This document shows positions 51,425 to 64,000 of a stretch of 64,000 nucleotides of DNA, in pieces; the first letter of the stretch is position 1, and the number at the start of each line of letters is the position of its first letter. A program made the translations under genes and the position numbers. Source of the stretch: Flectonema sp. DT1601 (taxonomy: Eukaryota); the NCBI GenBank assembly GCA_964019425.1, contig OZ025798.1, positions 1 through 64,000 of the forward strand, given 5' to 3'. Below the pieces are notes generated by a model. That model had not been told where the DNA came from, searched no databases, and saw only the letters and a list, made by a program, of their open reading frames with translations.

Positions 51425-52327
51425 TCAGATCATTCTCTTAGCTTTGCGACTTCCCAGCAATCCACTTACTCCCCCCAGGTAGACGACTACCTGGATGGGA
51501 AATGTCAACACCACAAACATATATTCCTTCCATGTAGTACTAAAATACCAACTGCTGATCATCGCAATGATCAAAACAGGAGGTGGGTACAAGGAGATAT
51601 ACAACTTTGCGACAAACAAAAATACAGAAACAACCACCCCGATGCCTTCAAAGACTTCGGGGTGTAGGTGAGCGTAATATAAAACTGACACAATCAACAC
51701 AACGGTGACGAGGAGACACGCACAAAGCTGTCTCACGAAGAAGTCGCCATCCGTTGGTGCGTCGGTGGTCATCCGGTCTCGGAATGAACTCCGCGGTTGT
51801 CTGTTTGGCATCATTGCCTGAGGATGGCTCAGCGACGATGCACGTACTTGTGGTTGTGGTTGTGGTTGTGGTTGTGCCAGTGGTTCGCCCCAAACACGCT
51901 GTGATGTGAGCGGCTGAGGTGCTGAATGCTGAAGTAGTTGTTGCTGTTGCTGGTGTCGTAGTTCTTGCTGATGTTGCTGTTGTTGGAATGTCGAATGCTG
52001 CGTTGGTCGAGACAACGTCAGTGGTGGTAGTGGCGGCTGCTGCTGTTGATGCTGTAGCTGTTGATGTTCTTCTTGTTCTTGTGGTAGTAGTAGTGGCTGC
52101 ACCAACGATGGCTGCTCTTCCTGCTGCTCCCGATCTTCCGAAACACGAATCGCGTCCTTCACTCCCCGAAGCAAGTCCCTTCGTTCCCTCTCCTGAGACT
52201 CTCTCCGTCTCTGATGCTCCCTTCTGGGAGAGGCACCGCGCTTACTGGTGCCCCTCCCACTCTCAATCCCAGCACCGCGGTGGATCTCCTCCTCGGACTC
52301 CCACGGCGTTAACGTTGTCCAGAACAT
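51425..52327 (-). CDS. Hypothetical Gln-rich membrane protein, intact, 300 aa (one PQ repeat fewer)
   Basis: ORF track. The (TGTGGT)n tract is one unit shorter. Confidence 0.7.
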   Translation of the reverse strand: MFWTTLTPWESEEEIHRGAGIESGRGTSKRGASPRREHQRRRESQERERRDLLRGVKDAIRVSEDREQQEEQPSLVQPLLLPQEQEEHQQLQHQQQQPPLPPLTLSRPTQHSTFQQQQHQQELRHQQQQQLLQHSAPQPLTSQRVWGEPLAQPQPQPQPQVRASSLSHPQAMMPNRQPRSSFRDRMTTDAPTDGDFFVRQLCACLLVTVVLIVSVLYYAHLHPEVFEGIGVVVSVFLFVAKLYISLYPPPVLIIAMISSWYFSTTWKEYMFVVLTFPIQVVVYLGGVSGLLGSRKAKRMI

Positions 52328-52643
52328 GATTTAGGTTTAGAACTTTTCGATACGGCTGCCTGTGGAAATAAAAAGATAATTACAACAATACACCAATCAC
52401 TCGTTCTCAGGGTCTCAATAAAACAAAACACATTATTCCCCCCAACCACCCCCTCCTCCCTGCTGCTCTCCAGCTTGTGGCTTTCATTAAATTTCCTGAA
52501 CCTGTAGAATACAATAATCTGAACAACATCAACAAACGTTTTGAGACACATCAATTATTAGGGAAGTGGAACCCTTTTTTTGTATTTTTTTTTATTTTAT
52601 TTTCACAGGGAGGTTCCCCTGCTATTTATTTTTTTTTTTTATG

Positions 52644-52708
<65 letters not shown>

Positions 52709-55461
52709 TATTTTTTTTTGGTTGTTTTTTTTTATTTATGTATTTGTTTGTTTTTTTTGATTAGCGGGGAGTGGAACCCCTTTTTTTATTTTTTATTTTA
52801 TTTTTTTGAAGATTACACAGGGAAGTTTCCCTCATGTTACTTACTTTATTTTTATTTTTTTTTTATTTTTTTTTAAGAAAAACACTTTATTCCTTGCCTC
52901 ATTGCCATCACTTCACTTCCTTCTTTATCCTGTACTCGAAAAGAGAAAAACGAGGATAAACGGTTGAAGGAAAAAAGAGATGGAATTAAAATAAAAAGAA
53001 GAAAAAAGAAACACACTTTCACAGATTCAGATATTCTTTTGAAATGTAGAAATTGCAATGCTTCAACTGGGGAGGTGGGTGTAATGATAATGTAAGGCTA
53101 CAATTAAAAAACAAAAGGAAGGGTATTGCTGAAGAAGATTAAAAATGAAGGAGTTGGTTGTATGCACCCGAAGCTGTCCAAGAAAGGCACATCAACGGTA
53201 AAATAAACAAAAAAAGAAAACACTTTTACAACGATCTCTATCTTCAACGGAGATCACTCAAAAACACATTTTACTTCTCAAAAACTAACAATCAAATATT
53301 CGATATAAACTGAACTGATGAAAACATAAAAAAAACTAAAAAAACAAAAAAAAACAGAACTCAAAACAAGGACATTAGCCTAAAAAAAGGATTAATCGCC
53401 TCTCCTTCATCCACTCCGAAAACGGAGGAAACGAAGAACGAGAAGCCAGATGGTGATTTCCCTCCAACCTAACACTTCAACATACATGAGAAGACATGAA
53501 GAAGAAGAAGACAGAAAGGAGAGAGAGCATGTGTTTTTGTGGGTTGTGTTGTGTTGTGTACTATAATGTTAACAATAACAACAACAACAACAACCCACAA
53601 GAAAGAAAAATAAAAGGAAAAAGGAAAAGAATAGTGTAAATTAATATTCAACGGAAAGGGAAGGAAACAAAGCAAACACCCACAGAAGCAGGGAATACAC
53701 ATGTTTTCAAGAAAAACCCATCATTTTCATCATCATCATCATCATCACATTTATCATTTTCCTCATACCCCTCCGCGACTTCGCAGAGGAACTGAGGGAA
53801 GAACGATGATGATGATAATAAATAATGGGAACACACATTCAACAAATTATTATCAACTAATTAGACCCACTGCTCTAAACCCAACAAGCAGCAGTCTTGA
53901 ATTCGGACCGCGCAGAAGCGATGAAACCAAGCAAAGCAGACATGACCAACAAGATACATGAAATCACAAAAAGAGTACAACTGTGCTAACAGCAGACCCA
54001 AATAAATATAATCGACTCCCATCTCTCTCATCTCCAAAATGAGATGGAATCGAATCCGTCTGCGGAATACACAACAACACTGACAGGTTGGCTCCTCTCA
54101 GTTGTTGTGACACATCACACAAACAGAAGTCAAAATGAAAGAATCAAATTGAAGAAAAGAAAAAGGTCGCTGCCACAGCTTAGGTTTCATCTCTTCTTCC
54201 CAAATATATAAAACAGAAACAAACCTCCCGCAACACGGGGGCAAAAGGGAACACGGTCATTTCTTTCTGACAACCACAAAACTAATCAAGACAGGACCAA
54301 CGGTCACTGGACTGATTAGAATGAAGAAGAAAGAAAGAAAAAGGAATTCATTTTATTTTATTTTACTTAATTTGCATTTTGGAATCCAACACAAGGACAC
54401 CCAAAAAAAAAAAAAAAAAAAAAGGATAAATAAACATCCTAAAAACCACATCTCACAAAAAAAAAAAAAAAAAAAAGAAAACCAGAAAAGGAAACATACA
54501 ACCTCCTCCAACAAAAACAAATCTTTCCACAGACACACCAACCGACGGAAAATCGGACAATTTCCTTTCTTTCCAACCTTACGAGAAAAAAACATACACA
54601 ACCACCCAATTAAGAAAAGTGAAGCATTGCGTGTAAAAAACTAAAATGAATATCAAGGTAAACTCTCCGTGCAAGTATTCCTCCCTCCACCCTAATGAGA
54701 TTAAAACGGTGAGTGAGTGTGAAAAGTTACTCAACGATGAGGAAAGGGAGGAAGGGTTTTTACTTGCGAGTGTGTTGAAAAAAAACAAAAAACTAAAATT
54801 AAAATTAAAATAAAAAAAAAAGGAAAAGGCAAGACACTAATATTCATTCAGCGACTGTACACCTGAAAAAGGAGGGGTAGAGATTGGGATGTGCGAAATT
54901 GAGAAAAAACATGAAGAATGGTCGGTGAAGTTGTTTTTTTTTTTAATTACTATTATTTATTTGTTTATTTCTTTTGGTGGCTGTGGGTTTGGGTGTGGGA
55001 TAGGACGATCGAGACAGGAAGTACAGTCGCTATTATGGAGGGCAAGTATTCTTTTCAAGAAAATTAACAAAACAGAACAAATTAAAGCAGTACCCGGAAG
55101 ATATTAAATTAGGTGAAAATGACTTCCAGTTATTTGTACAAAAGAAAAAAGAACCCCAAAACCCCAAAACCCGATGCACGCAGGGGTTGCCAGGAGATTT
55201 TCAAATGGGTGAAGTTACTCCGAGCAATCCCTGCGTGCAATGTTTATAAAAAATAAAAATAAATGAAAACAAGTCGATTAATACTTTTTTTTTTTTTTTT
55301 TTTTTTTTTAAATAATGTTCTGGCATAACAAGAGCCAATGAGTGACGAGGACAAACAAACGAAGGAACTGAAAGTTTATCAACAACAAAGATGATGATGT
55401 TGATGTTGATGAGGAAGAAGATGAAAAAGTCGCTCCAAAAACAATTTGAACCATCGACGGT

Positions 55462-56370
55462 TCAGATCATTCTCTTAGCTTTGCGACTTCCCAGCAATCC
55501 ACTTACTCCCCCCAGGTAGACGACTACCTGGATGGGAAATGTCAACACCACAAACATATATTCCTTCCATGTAGTACTAAAATACCAACTGCTGATCATC
55601 GCAATGATCAAAACAGGAGGTGGGTACAAGGAGATATACAACTTTGCGACAAACAAAAATACAGAAACAACCACCCCGATGCCTTCAAAGACTTCGGGGT
55701 GTAGGTGAGCGTAATATAAAACTGACACAATCAACACAACGGTGACGAGGAGACACGCACAAAGCTGTCTCACGAAGAAGTCGCCATCCGTTGGTGCGTC
55801 GGTGGTCATCCGGTCTCGGAATGAACTCCGCGGTTGTCTGTTTGGCATCATTGCCTGAGGATGGCTCAGCGACGATGCACGTACTTGTGGTTGTGGTTGT
55901 GGTTGTGGTTGTGGTTGTGCCAGTGGTTCGCCCCAAACACGCTGTGATGTGAGCGGCTGAGGTGCTGAATGCTGAAGTAGTTGTTGCTGTTGCTGGTGTC
56001 GTAGTTCTTGCTGATGTTGCTGTTGTTGGAATGTCGAATGCTGCGTTGGTCGAGACAACGTCAGTGGTGGTAGTGGCGGCTGCTGCTGTTGATGCTGTAG
56101 CTGTTGATGTTCTTCTTGTTCTTGTGGTAGTAGTAGTGGCTGCACCAACGATGGCTGCTCTTCCTGCTGCTCCCGATCTTCCGAAACACGAATCGCGTCC
56201 TTCACTCCCCGAAGCAAGTCCCTTCGTTCCCTCTCCTGAGACTCTCTCCGTCTCTGATGCTCCCTTCTGGGAGAGGCACCGCGCTTACTGGTGCCCCTCC
56301 CACTCTCAATCCCAGCACCGCGGTGGATCTCCTCCTCGGACTCCCACGGCGTTAACGTTGTCCAGAACAT
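55462..56370 (-). CDS. Hypothetical Gln-rich membrane protein, intact, 302 aa
   Basis: Same translation as 27531-28439. Confidence 0.7.
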   Translation of the reverse strand: MFWTTLTPWESEEEIHRGAGIESGRGTSKRGASPRREHQRRRESQERERRDLLRGVKDAIRVSEDREQQEEQPSLVQPLLLPQEQEEHQQLQHQQQQPPLPPLTLSRPTQHSTFQQQQHQQELRHQQQQQLLQHSAPQPLTSQRVWGEPLAQPQPQPQPQPQVRASSLSHPQAMMPNRQPRSSFRDRMTTDAPTDGDFFVRQLCACLLVTVVLIVSVLYYAHLHPEVFEGIGVVVSVFLFVAKLYISLYPPPVLIIAMISSWYFSTTWKEYMFVVLTFPIQVVVYLGGVSGLLGSRKAKRMI

Positions 56371-56686
56371 GATTTAGGTTTAGAACTTTTCGATACGGCT
56401 GCCTGTGGAAATAAAAAGATAATTACAACAATACACCAATCACTCGTTCTCAGGGTCTCAATAAAACAAAACACATTATTCCCCCCAACCACCCCCTCCT
56501 CCCTGCTGCTCTCCAGCTTGTGGCTTTCATTAAATTTCCTGAACCTGTAGAATACAATAATCTGAACAACATCAACAAACGTTTTGAGACACATCAATTA
56601 TTAGGGAAGTGGAACCCTTTTTTTGTATTTTTTTTTATTTTATTTTCACAGGGAGGTTCCCCTGCTATTTATTTTTTTTTTTTATG

Positions 56687-56856
<170 letters not shown>

Positions 56857-58136
56857 TTTTTTTTGGTTGTTTTTTTTTATTTATGTATTTGTTTGTTTTT
56901 TTTGATTAGCGGGGAGTGGAACCCCTTTTTTTATTTTTTATTTTATTTTTTTGAAGATTACACAGGGAAGTTTCCCTCATGTTACTTACTTTATTTTTAT
57001 TTTTTTTTTATTTTTTTTTAAGAAAAACACTTTATTCCTTGCCTCATTGCCATCACTTCACTTCCTTCTTTATCCTGTACTCGAAAAGAGAAAAACGAGG
57101 ATAAACGGTTGAAGGAAAAAAGAGATGGAATTAAAATAAAAAGAAGAAAAAAGAAACACACTTTCACAGATTCAGATATTCTTTTGAAATGTAGAAATTG
57201 CAATGCTTCAACTGGGGAGGTGGGTGTAATGATAATGTAAGGCTACAATTAAAAAACAAAAGGAAGGGTATTGCTGAAGAAGATTAAAAATGAAGGAGTT
57301 GGTTGTATGCAACCGAAGCTGTCCAAGAAAGGCACATCAACGGTAAAATAAACAAAAAAAGAAAACGCTTTTACAACGATCTCTATCTTCAACGGAGATC
57401 ACTCAAAAACACATTTTACTTCTCAAAAACTAACAATCAAATATTCGATATAAACTGAACTGATGAAAATATAAAAAAACTAAAAAAACAAAAAAAAACA
57501 GAACTCAAAACAAGGACATTAGCCTAAAAAAAGGATTAATCGCCTCTCCTTCATCCACTCCGAAAACGGAGGAAACGAAGAACGAGAAGCCAGATGGTGA
57601 TTTCCCTCCAACCTAACACTTCAACATACATGAGAAGACATGAAGAAGAAGAAGACAGGAAGGAGAGAGAGCATGTGTTTTTGTGGGTTGTGTTGTGTTG
57701 TGTACTATAATGTTAACAATAACAACAACAACAACAACCCACAAGAAAGAAAAATAAAAGGAAAAAGGAAAAGAATAGTGTAAATTAATATTCAACGGAA
57801 AGGGAAGAAAACAAAGCAAACACCCACAGAAGCAGGGAATACACATGTTTTCAAGAAAAACCCATCATTTTCATCATCATCATCATCATCACATTTATCA
57901 TTTTCCTCATACCCCTCCGCGACTTCGCAGAGGAACTGAGGGAAGAACGATGATGATGATAATAAATAATGGGAACACACATTCAACAAATTATTATCAA
58001 CAAATTAGACCCACTGCTCTAAACCCAACAAGCAGCAGTCTTGAATTCGGACCGCGCAGAAGCGATGAAACCAAGCAAAGCAGACATGACCAACAAGATA
58101 CATGAAATCACAAAAAGAGTACAACTGTGCTAACAG

Positions 58137-58650
58137 TTAGCGTCTTGACCAGGACGGAAAATAGAAAGTAATCGACATAGTCGATCGATAAAAAAAAAAA
58201 ACGATGATAACATTGTTTATTCTTTTTTTTATTTTTTTTTTATATTCTTTTTTATTATTTTTTAAAGAAAAAACAATCAGTTTAGCGTCTTGACCAGGAC
58301 GGAAAATAGAAAGTAATCGACATAGTCGATCGATAAAAAAAAAACAATGCTAACATTGTTTATTCTTTTTTTTTTTTTTTTTTTTTTAATATTCTTTTTT
58401 ATTTATTTTAAAAAAAAAAAAAAACAATCAGTTTAGCGTCTTGACCAAGACGGAAAATAGAAAGTGATCAACATAGTCAATCGATAAAAAAACACAATGA
58501 AAACATTATTTATTCTTTTTTTTTTTTTTTTTTTTATTCTTTTTATTTATTTTAAAAAAAAACAATCAGTTTAGCATCCTGACCAGGACGGAAAATAAAA
58601 AGTGATCGACATAGTCTATCGATAAAAAAACAATGATAACATTATTTAAT
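58137..58650. repeat. Four tandem ~135-155-bp hairpin-containing minisatellite units
   Basis: The TTAGCRTCYTGACCARGACGGAAAA core recurs at ~58137, 58282, 58433 and 58571. Each unit ends in T-rich runs. Confidence 0.9.
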
Positions 58651-58894
58651 CTTTTATAATTTTTTATTTTTTTTATTTGTTTTTAAAAAAAAAAATAATT
58701 AGCGGAATTGATCATAATGGGTGGTAGGTGTTGTTATAACTTCGTTTGAAAATTCTTCTTTTTTGATTTCTTTTTTTTTTTTTCTTTTTATAGGAGTTAA
58801 GATCACTTTCAGGAGACAACACATAAACAAGAGCAGCAAGCAGAGTTGACACTATTAATTCAAATTTGAAATACCGGGAATTAATTTACAAGGA

Positions 58895-58990
58895 GGTATC
58901 TCAAGTGACTTGGTATCTCTAGCGTGTCGGTATCTCTGGAGTGCTGGTATCTCGTATGTGCGTTAGTATCTCATAAGTGATGGTATCTCT
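58895..58990. repeat. Six spaced (G)GTATCTC motifs
   Basis: GTATCTC recurs every 16-19 bp with variable spacers. Confidence 0.75.
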
Positions 58991-59005
58991 TGTGCATTAG
59001 AGAAA

Positions 59006-62000
59006 CGCTACCTGTTATTTTAGGAATTTAATCAGAATGAAAATAAAAAGTTACAACAAGAAAAAGAATCACCCGAACTTAACTTTCCTTTTACTTTCTT
59101 ACTCATTTTGTGTGCCATCCAACAGCCTGAGAAAGGAATAGGTTAGGTTAAGTTACGCTGTCACAATTATCTTTCTACTGAACAGGTGTATCTGCTGTAC
59201 AAGAAGAAAAAAAAAAAGGGAAGAAAAAAAAAGGAAACAAGAAAAGAATGTGTTTCCAGCATTTGAAAAAGAAGATACAGAAAAAATTAAATAAATCTTT
59301 CTGCTGTTCTGTTTCTTCAAAAGTAAGGGAGATGCTGTCTTGTCCTACTCAACAAAGGGACAGCTTAACTTAGTTGGTGTTTGTAAGTTAGTATATGAGA
59401 TCACGAAGATAATGTATTAAATCAAAATATATATAAAAAAGGAAAGCCCTCGCAACACATTGTTCTGCTGTTCCGTAAAACACTTGTGGTGGAATACCTA
59501 GTTTCAGGTCTTAATCTTATACTATACTTGGCAAGTTGGTAGTATTTAGAATATGAGATACTATTAATTGGTTATCAGTCAATCAAAAAACAATAGAACG
59601 CAACAATTCGTAGGACAACAAACAAATAATGGTTGGTTGGGCTTAAATTAACTTCTTCAGTCTTCCTCAGCGAAGAAAGTACGGGGGGACACTGCGGTGT
59701 CAGGCCTGCCTACTTTAATGAACAAGGCTAAACTTCGAATTCCCGTGCCAAATGTTAATGAAATATCGGATCCCAACACAAACGTTTCTGAAATGGACAG
59801 CTCCACAAACGAAAGTATTCGAAATGGATGCAAAGAAAAAAGAAAAAGAAAAAGAAAAAGAAAAAGAAAAAAAATCTGTTTTACTTTGGGATTCTCCTTT
59901 TAAAGAGGTACAAGTATGAAGAAGTGATCCAAATCCCTTAAAAATATTCAAAACAGAATATAATTCGTTAGTCAGGTGACGATCCACTGAAGACCAACAA
60001 TATTTGAATCGAAACAATGATGAGAGGAACAGAGAGGAAAGGTACGCTATTAAGACATTAATTTTGATTTCATCAGAACTGCAACACAGAACGTCACAAC
60101 AGTGAAGTGCCAAATGTTACTGAAATGTCGGATTACAACACAAACGATTCCGGAAGAGAAATTAATAAAAAAGAAATCCGCCGGGTCTACTCATCGCCTT
60201 CGCCCTTCTCAGCAAACAGACCACGCCAATATGGTTTTATCTTTTACCATTTAACACACAATCCAGTAGTTATTTTATCGTTTATAGATACTATGATGAG
60301 GGCCTCATCCGTAACAGTTTCCGAAGACTCTGTATGGATTGTTGAATTAGCTTCAGCTGAAGGGATGTAATTTATCCTATTTGATTAATGGACACCCATC
60401 TTCAGCTTTCCACCTTGCCTAGGTTATTAAACCCAATTAATAAAAATATAAAAATTAAAATACATAAACAAATAAACACATAATGATAATGGATTACTAC
60501 CTAAAGCGTCTAACAACACGAGTTTCAATCATATCGAAAACAAACAGCGAAGGACGATTCTGCCAACTTAGCATCCCAAATTATCGACAGGAAAGTATTG
60601 TCGACAACTTGGGCCGCAAAATTGAACTTGGTTTTAACTTAAGACTAAACAAAAAAACAAAACACAAACACAAACAAGTATTATATTACTATTGTGCACG
60701 AAACCGACTAAACCGACTTAATCTGATAAAGCTTAAGGAGGTTAAGGTGTGCTGCTAACATTCTTTTTTCGTTCTTACAATACTTGCTAAATACAAAAAT
60801 CAATTATCAAATATCTGCGGCTCATAAGATTACCAAAGAAAAAACTTCTTTGGTCTAATAAATTTAAACTAGGAACTATGATCACGTTACAGTGATTCAC
60901 TGTTACCTAACAAAACTTATCGCTATTGATCGCAACAATAATGAGAGGAATAGAGAGGAAAGGAACGCTATTAAGGCATTAAATTGAATTCATCAGAATG
61001 CCACAACAGTGAAGTTTTCTTACTTGGAAATCAGGTGGCTTGGCATACAGATCATGTCGTTGGCATCATTTCCCTGCGCAACATAACATCCGTAACCAGA
61101 TCCCACCAACCTCATGGTACGGTCAGCACCTCTTGCCTTATCCAACGTGCCCATTTTACCACAAAGTGTTGCAGCACACGCAACCATTGTTTTCGTGTCT
61201 GCTGGTGTCCACCCCAGATTGCAGCTCGATGATTGTTTGACGATTGACAGCGAAGAGCAAGGTACCGATGGTGGTGGAGTAGGTGCTGGTGGTGGCGGAG
61301 TTGCTGCTTGAACCGCTGGAGTTGTGTTGTTTGGCATACAGATCTTGTGGTTGGCATCATTTCCCTGCGCAACATAACATCCGTAACCAGATCCCACCAA
61401 CCTCATGGTACCGTCAGCACCTCTTGCCTTATCCAACGTGCCCATTTCACCACAAAGTGTTGCAGCACACGCAACCATTGTTTTCGTGTCTGCTAGTTTC
61501 ATTCCCGAATTGCAGCTCGATGATTGCCTGACGATTGACAGCGAAGAGCAAGGTACCGATGGTGGTGGAGTAGGTGCTGGTGGTGGCGGAGTTGGTGCTT
61601 GAACTGCTGGAGTGGTGTTGTTTGGCATACAGATCATGTCGTTGGCATCATTTCCCTGCGCAACATAACATCCGTAACCAGATCCCACCAACCTCATGGT
61701 ACGGTCAGCACCTCTTGCCTTATCCAACGTGCCCATTTTACCACAAAGTGTTGCAGCACACGCAACCATTGTTTTCGTGTCTGCTGGTGTCCACCCCAGA
61801 TTGCAGCTCGATGATTGTTTGACGATTGACAGCGAAGAGCAAGGTACCGATGGTGGTGGAGTAGGTGCTGGTGGTGGCGGAGTTGGTGCTTGAACTGCTG
61901 GAGTTGTGTTGTTTGGCATACAGATCTTGTCGTTGGCATCATTTCCCTGCGCAACATAACATCCGTAACCAGATCCCACCAACCTCATGGTACCGTCAGC

Positions 62001-64000
62001 ACCTCTTGCCTTATCCAACGTGCCCATTTCACCACAAAGTGTTGCAGCACACTTAACCATTGTTTCCGTGTCTGCTAGTTTCATTCCCAAATTGCAGCTC
62101 GATGATTGCCTGACGATACTCAGTGAGCTGCAGTCAAAAGCAGCCTGTTTGTATTTTAATAACACCCGACAATACCGATACTAAATTCAGACGGTTAGTT
62201 GGTACGAAACTCTTGTTGTACAAACTAACGAAGCAACCCTTCCACACAATAACAAATCATTTCAATAAGGAAGGGAATGATGAAATAATAAACATACCGA
62301 AGACGCAAACAAACCGATAACAACAGCAAAAGTCTTCATCTTATTTATTTACTGTCATCAGGAGGCAAAAAAGATACACAAGGAAGAACAAAGGCAACAT
62401 GCAACTATAAATAGGGTTGCTTCACATAACTAATCACTTTAAATAGGAATCCACTTCGGTCAATACTAAGCCCATTCTATATCATCCCACGTAAAAAAAA
62501 ACTGTCGTCCGTTGTTCTCATGGACGTCTGATGTATGTTCGTCGCTTCTCTTCGGAAGATTCTAACTCTGCTGAATCGATCAGAGTGTGAGGCCTGCTTC
62601 CTACTCACCGCTACCTGTTATTTTAGGAATTTAATCAGAATGAAAATAAAAAGTTACAACAAGAAAAAGAATCAGCCGAACTTAACTTTTCTTTTACTTT
62701 CTTACTCATTTTGTGTGCCATCCAGCAGCCTAAGAAAGGAATAGGTTAGGTTAAGTTACGCTGTCACAATTCTCTTTCTACTGAACAGGTGTATCTGCTG
62801 TACAAGAAGAAAAAAAAAAAGGGAAGGAAAAAAAAGGAAACAAGAAAAGAATGTGTTTCCAGCATTTGAAAAAGAAGATAGAGAAAAAATTAAATAAATC
62901 TTTCTGCTGTTCTGTTTCTTCAAAAGTAAGGGAGATGCTGTCTTGTCCTACTCAACAAAGGGACAGCTTAACTTAGTTGGTGTTAGTTAGTATATGAGAT
63001 CACTAAGATAATGTATTAAATCAAAATATATATAAAAAAGGAAAGCCCTCGCAACACATTGTTCTGCTGTTCCGTAAAACACTTGTGGTGGAATACCTAG
63101 TTTCAGGTCTTAATCTTATACTTTACTTGGTAAGTTGGTAGTATTTAGAATATGAGATACTGTTATCAGTCAATCAAAAAAACAATAGAACGCAACAATT
63201 CGTAGGACAACAAACAAATAATGGTTGGTTGGGCTTACATTAACTTCTTCAGTCTTCTTCAGCGAAGAAAGTACGGGGGACACTGCGGTGTCAGGCCTGT
63301 CTACTTTAATGAACAAGGCTAAACTTCGAATTCCCGTGCCAAATGTTAATGAAATATCGGATCTCAACACAAACGTTTCTGAAATGGACAGCTCCACAAA
63401 CGAAAGTATTCGAAATGGATGCAAAGAAAAAAGAAAAAGAAAAAGAAAAAGAAAAAAAATCTGTTTTACTTTGGGATTCTCCTTTAAAGAGGAACAAGTA
63501 TGAAGAAGTGATCCAAATCCCTTAAAAATATTCAAAACAGAATATAATTCGTTAGTCAGGTGACGATCCACTGAAGACCAACAATATTTGAATCGAAACA
63601 ATGATGAGAGGAACAGAGAGGAAAGGTACGCTATTAAGACATTACTTTTGATTTCATCAGAACTGCAACACAGAACGTCACAACAGTGAAGTGCCAAATG
63701 TTACTGAAATGTCGGATTACAACACAAACGATTCCGGAAGAGAAATTAATAAAAAAGAAATCCGCCGGGTCTACTCATCGCCTTCGCCCTTCTCAGCAAA
63801 CAGACCACGCCAATATGGTTTTATCTTTTACCATTTAACACACAATCCAGTAGTTATTTTATCGTTTATAGTTACTATGATGAGGGCCTCATCCGCAACA
63901 GTTTTCGAAGACTCCGTATGGATTGTTGAATTAGCTTCAGCTGAAGGGATGTAATTTATTTTATATGATTAATGGACACCCAGCTCTTCAGCTTTCCACC
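59006..64000. repeat. ~3.6-kb direct duplication (59006-~60414 repeated at 62609-64000), running off the window
   Basis: CGCTACCTGTTATTTTAGG at 59006 and 62609. Paralogous ORFs at 60107 and 63691 (offset 3,584). Confidence 0.92.
61020..62339 (-). CDS. Secreted Cys-rich protein with four 97-aa repeats and Pro/Thr linkers (exon 1 62339-62298, exon 2 from ~62144)
   Basis: Exon 1 encodes MKTFAVVIGLFASS, followed by a GTATGT donor. Acceptor AAACAG|GCT gives the signal-peptide-like MKTFAVVIGLFASSAA-FDCSS (an alternative in-frame acceptor lies at ~62181). 291-bp repeats with six Cys each and PTPPPPAPTPPPSVP linkers. Confidence 0.8.

Noticed and set aside
58137..58650. Hammerhead ribozyme (stem followed by GAAA)
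   Set aside because: The required CUGANGA core is absent before the stem. The CTGATGA near 17483 has no stem II or GAAA.
58895..58990. CRISPR-like repeat-spacer pattern
   Set aside because: Repeats (8 bp) and spacers (~10 bp) are far too short, the context is eukaryotic, and there are no cas genes.
60984..62184. Many short overlapping ORFs
   Set aside because: Alternative-frame and antisense shadows of the 291-bp repeat gene.

Overview
Eukaryotic (intron-containing, AT-rich, probably protist) DNA with a subtelomere-like layout. 1-8663 is a near-perfect (GGGTTTGC)n telomere-like array of about 1,080 units. Its G-rich strand points INTO the unique sequence, the opposite of a normal left chromosome end. 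It is fused to a 3'-truncated minus-strand ORF. 9-16 kb is a mosaic: a structured minisatellite, a Cys-rich pseudogene, two Crinkler/RHS-type P-loop NTPase genes (one with a C-terminal restriction-endonuclease-like domain, one broken), a Penelope-like reverse transcriptase fragment, and a two-unit inverted copy of the telomere-like repeat. 16.2-58.1 kb is a ~4-kb tandem array (10 full units plus a partial) carrying a Gln-rich membrane-protein gene in intact and stop-containing alleles, an 11,892-bp higher-order repeat and a 65-nt hairpin. 58-64 kb holds four more minisatellite copies and a ~3.6-kb duplication around a secreted Cys-rich repeat gene. All credible genes are on the minus strand. 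The most interesting, unproven, reading is a novel telomere repeat with DNA added onto its G-rich end, as for telomere-targeting Penelope-like (Athena/Terminon) elements. Family calls come from motifs recognised by eye, not from database searches.
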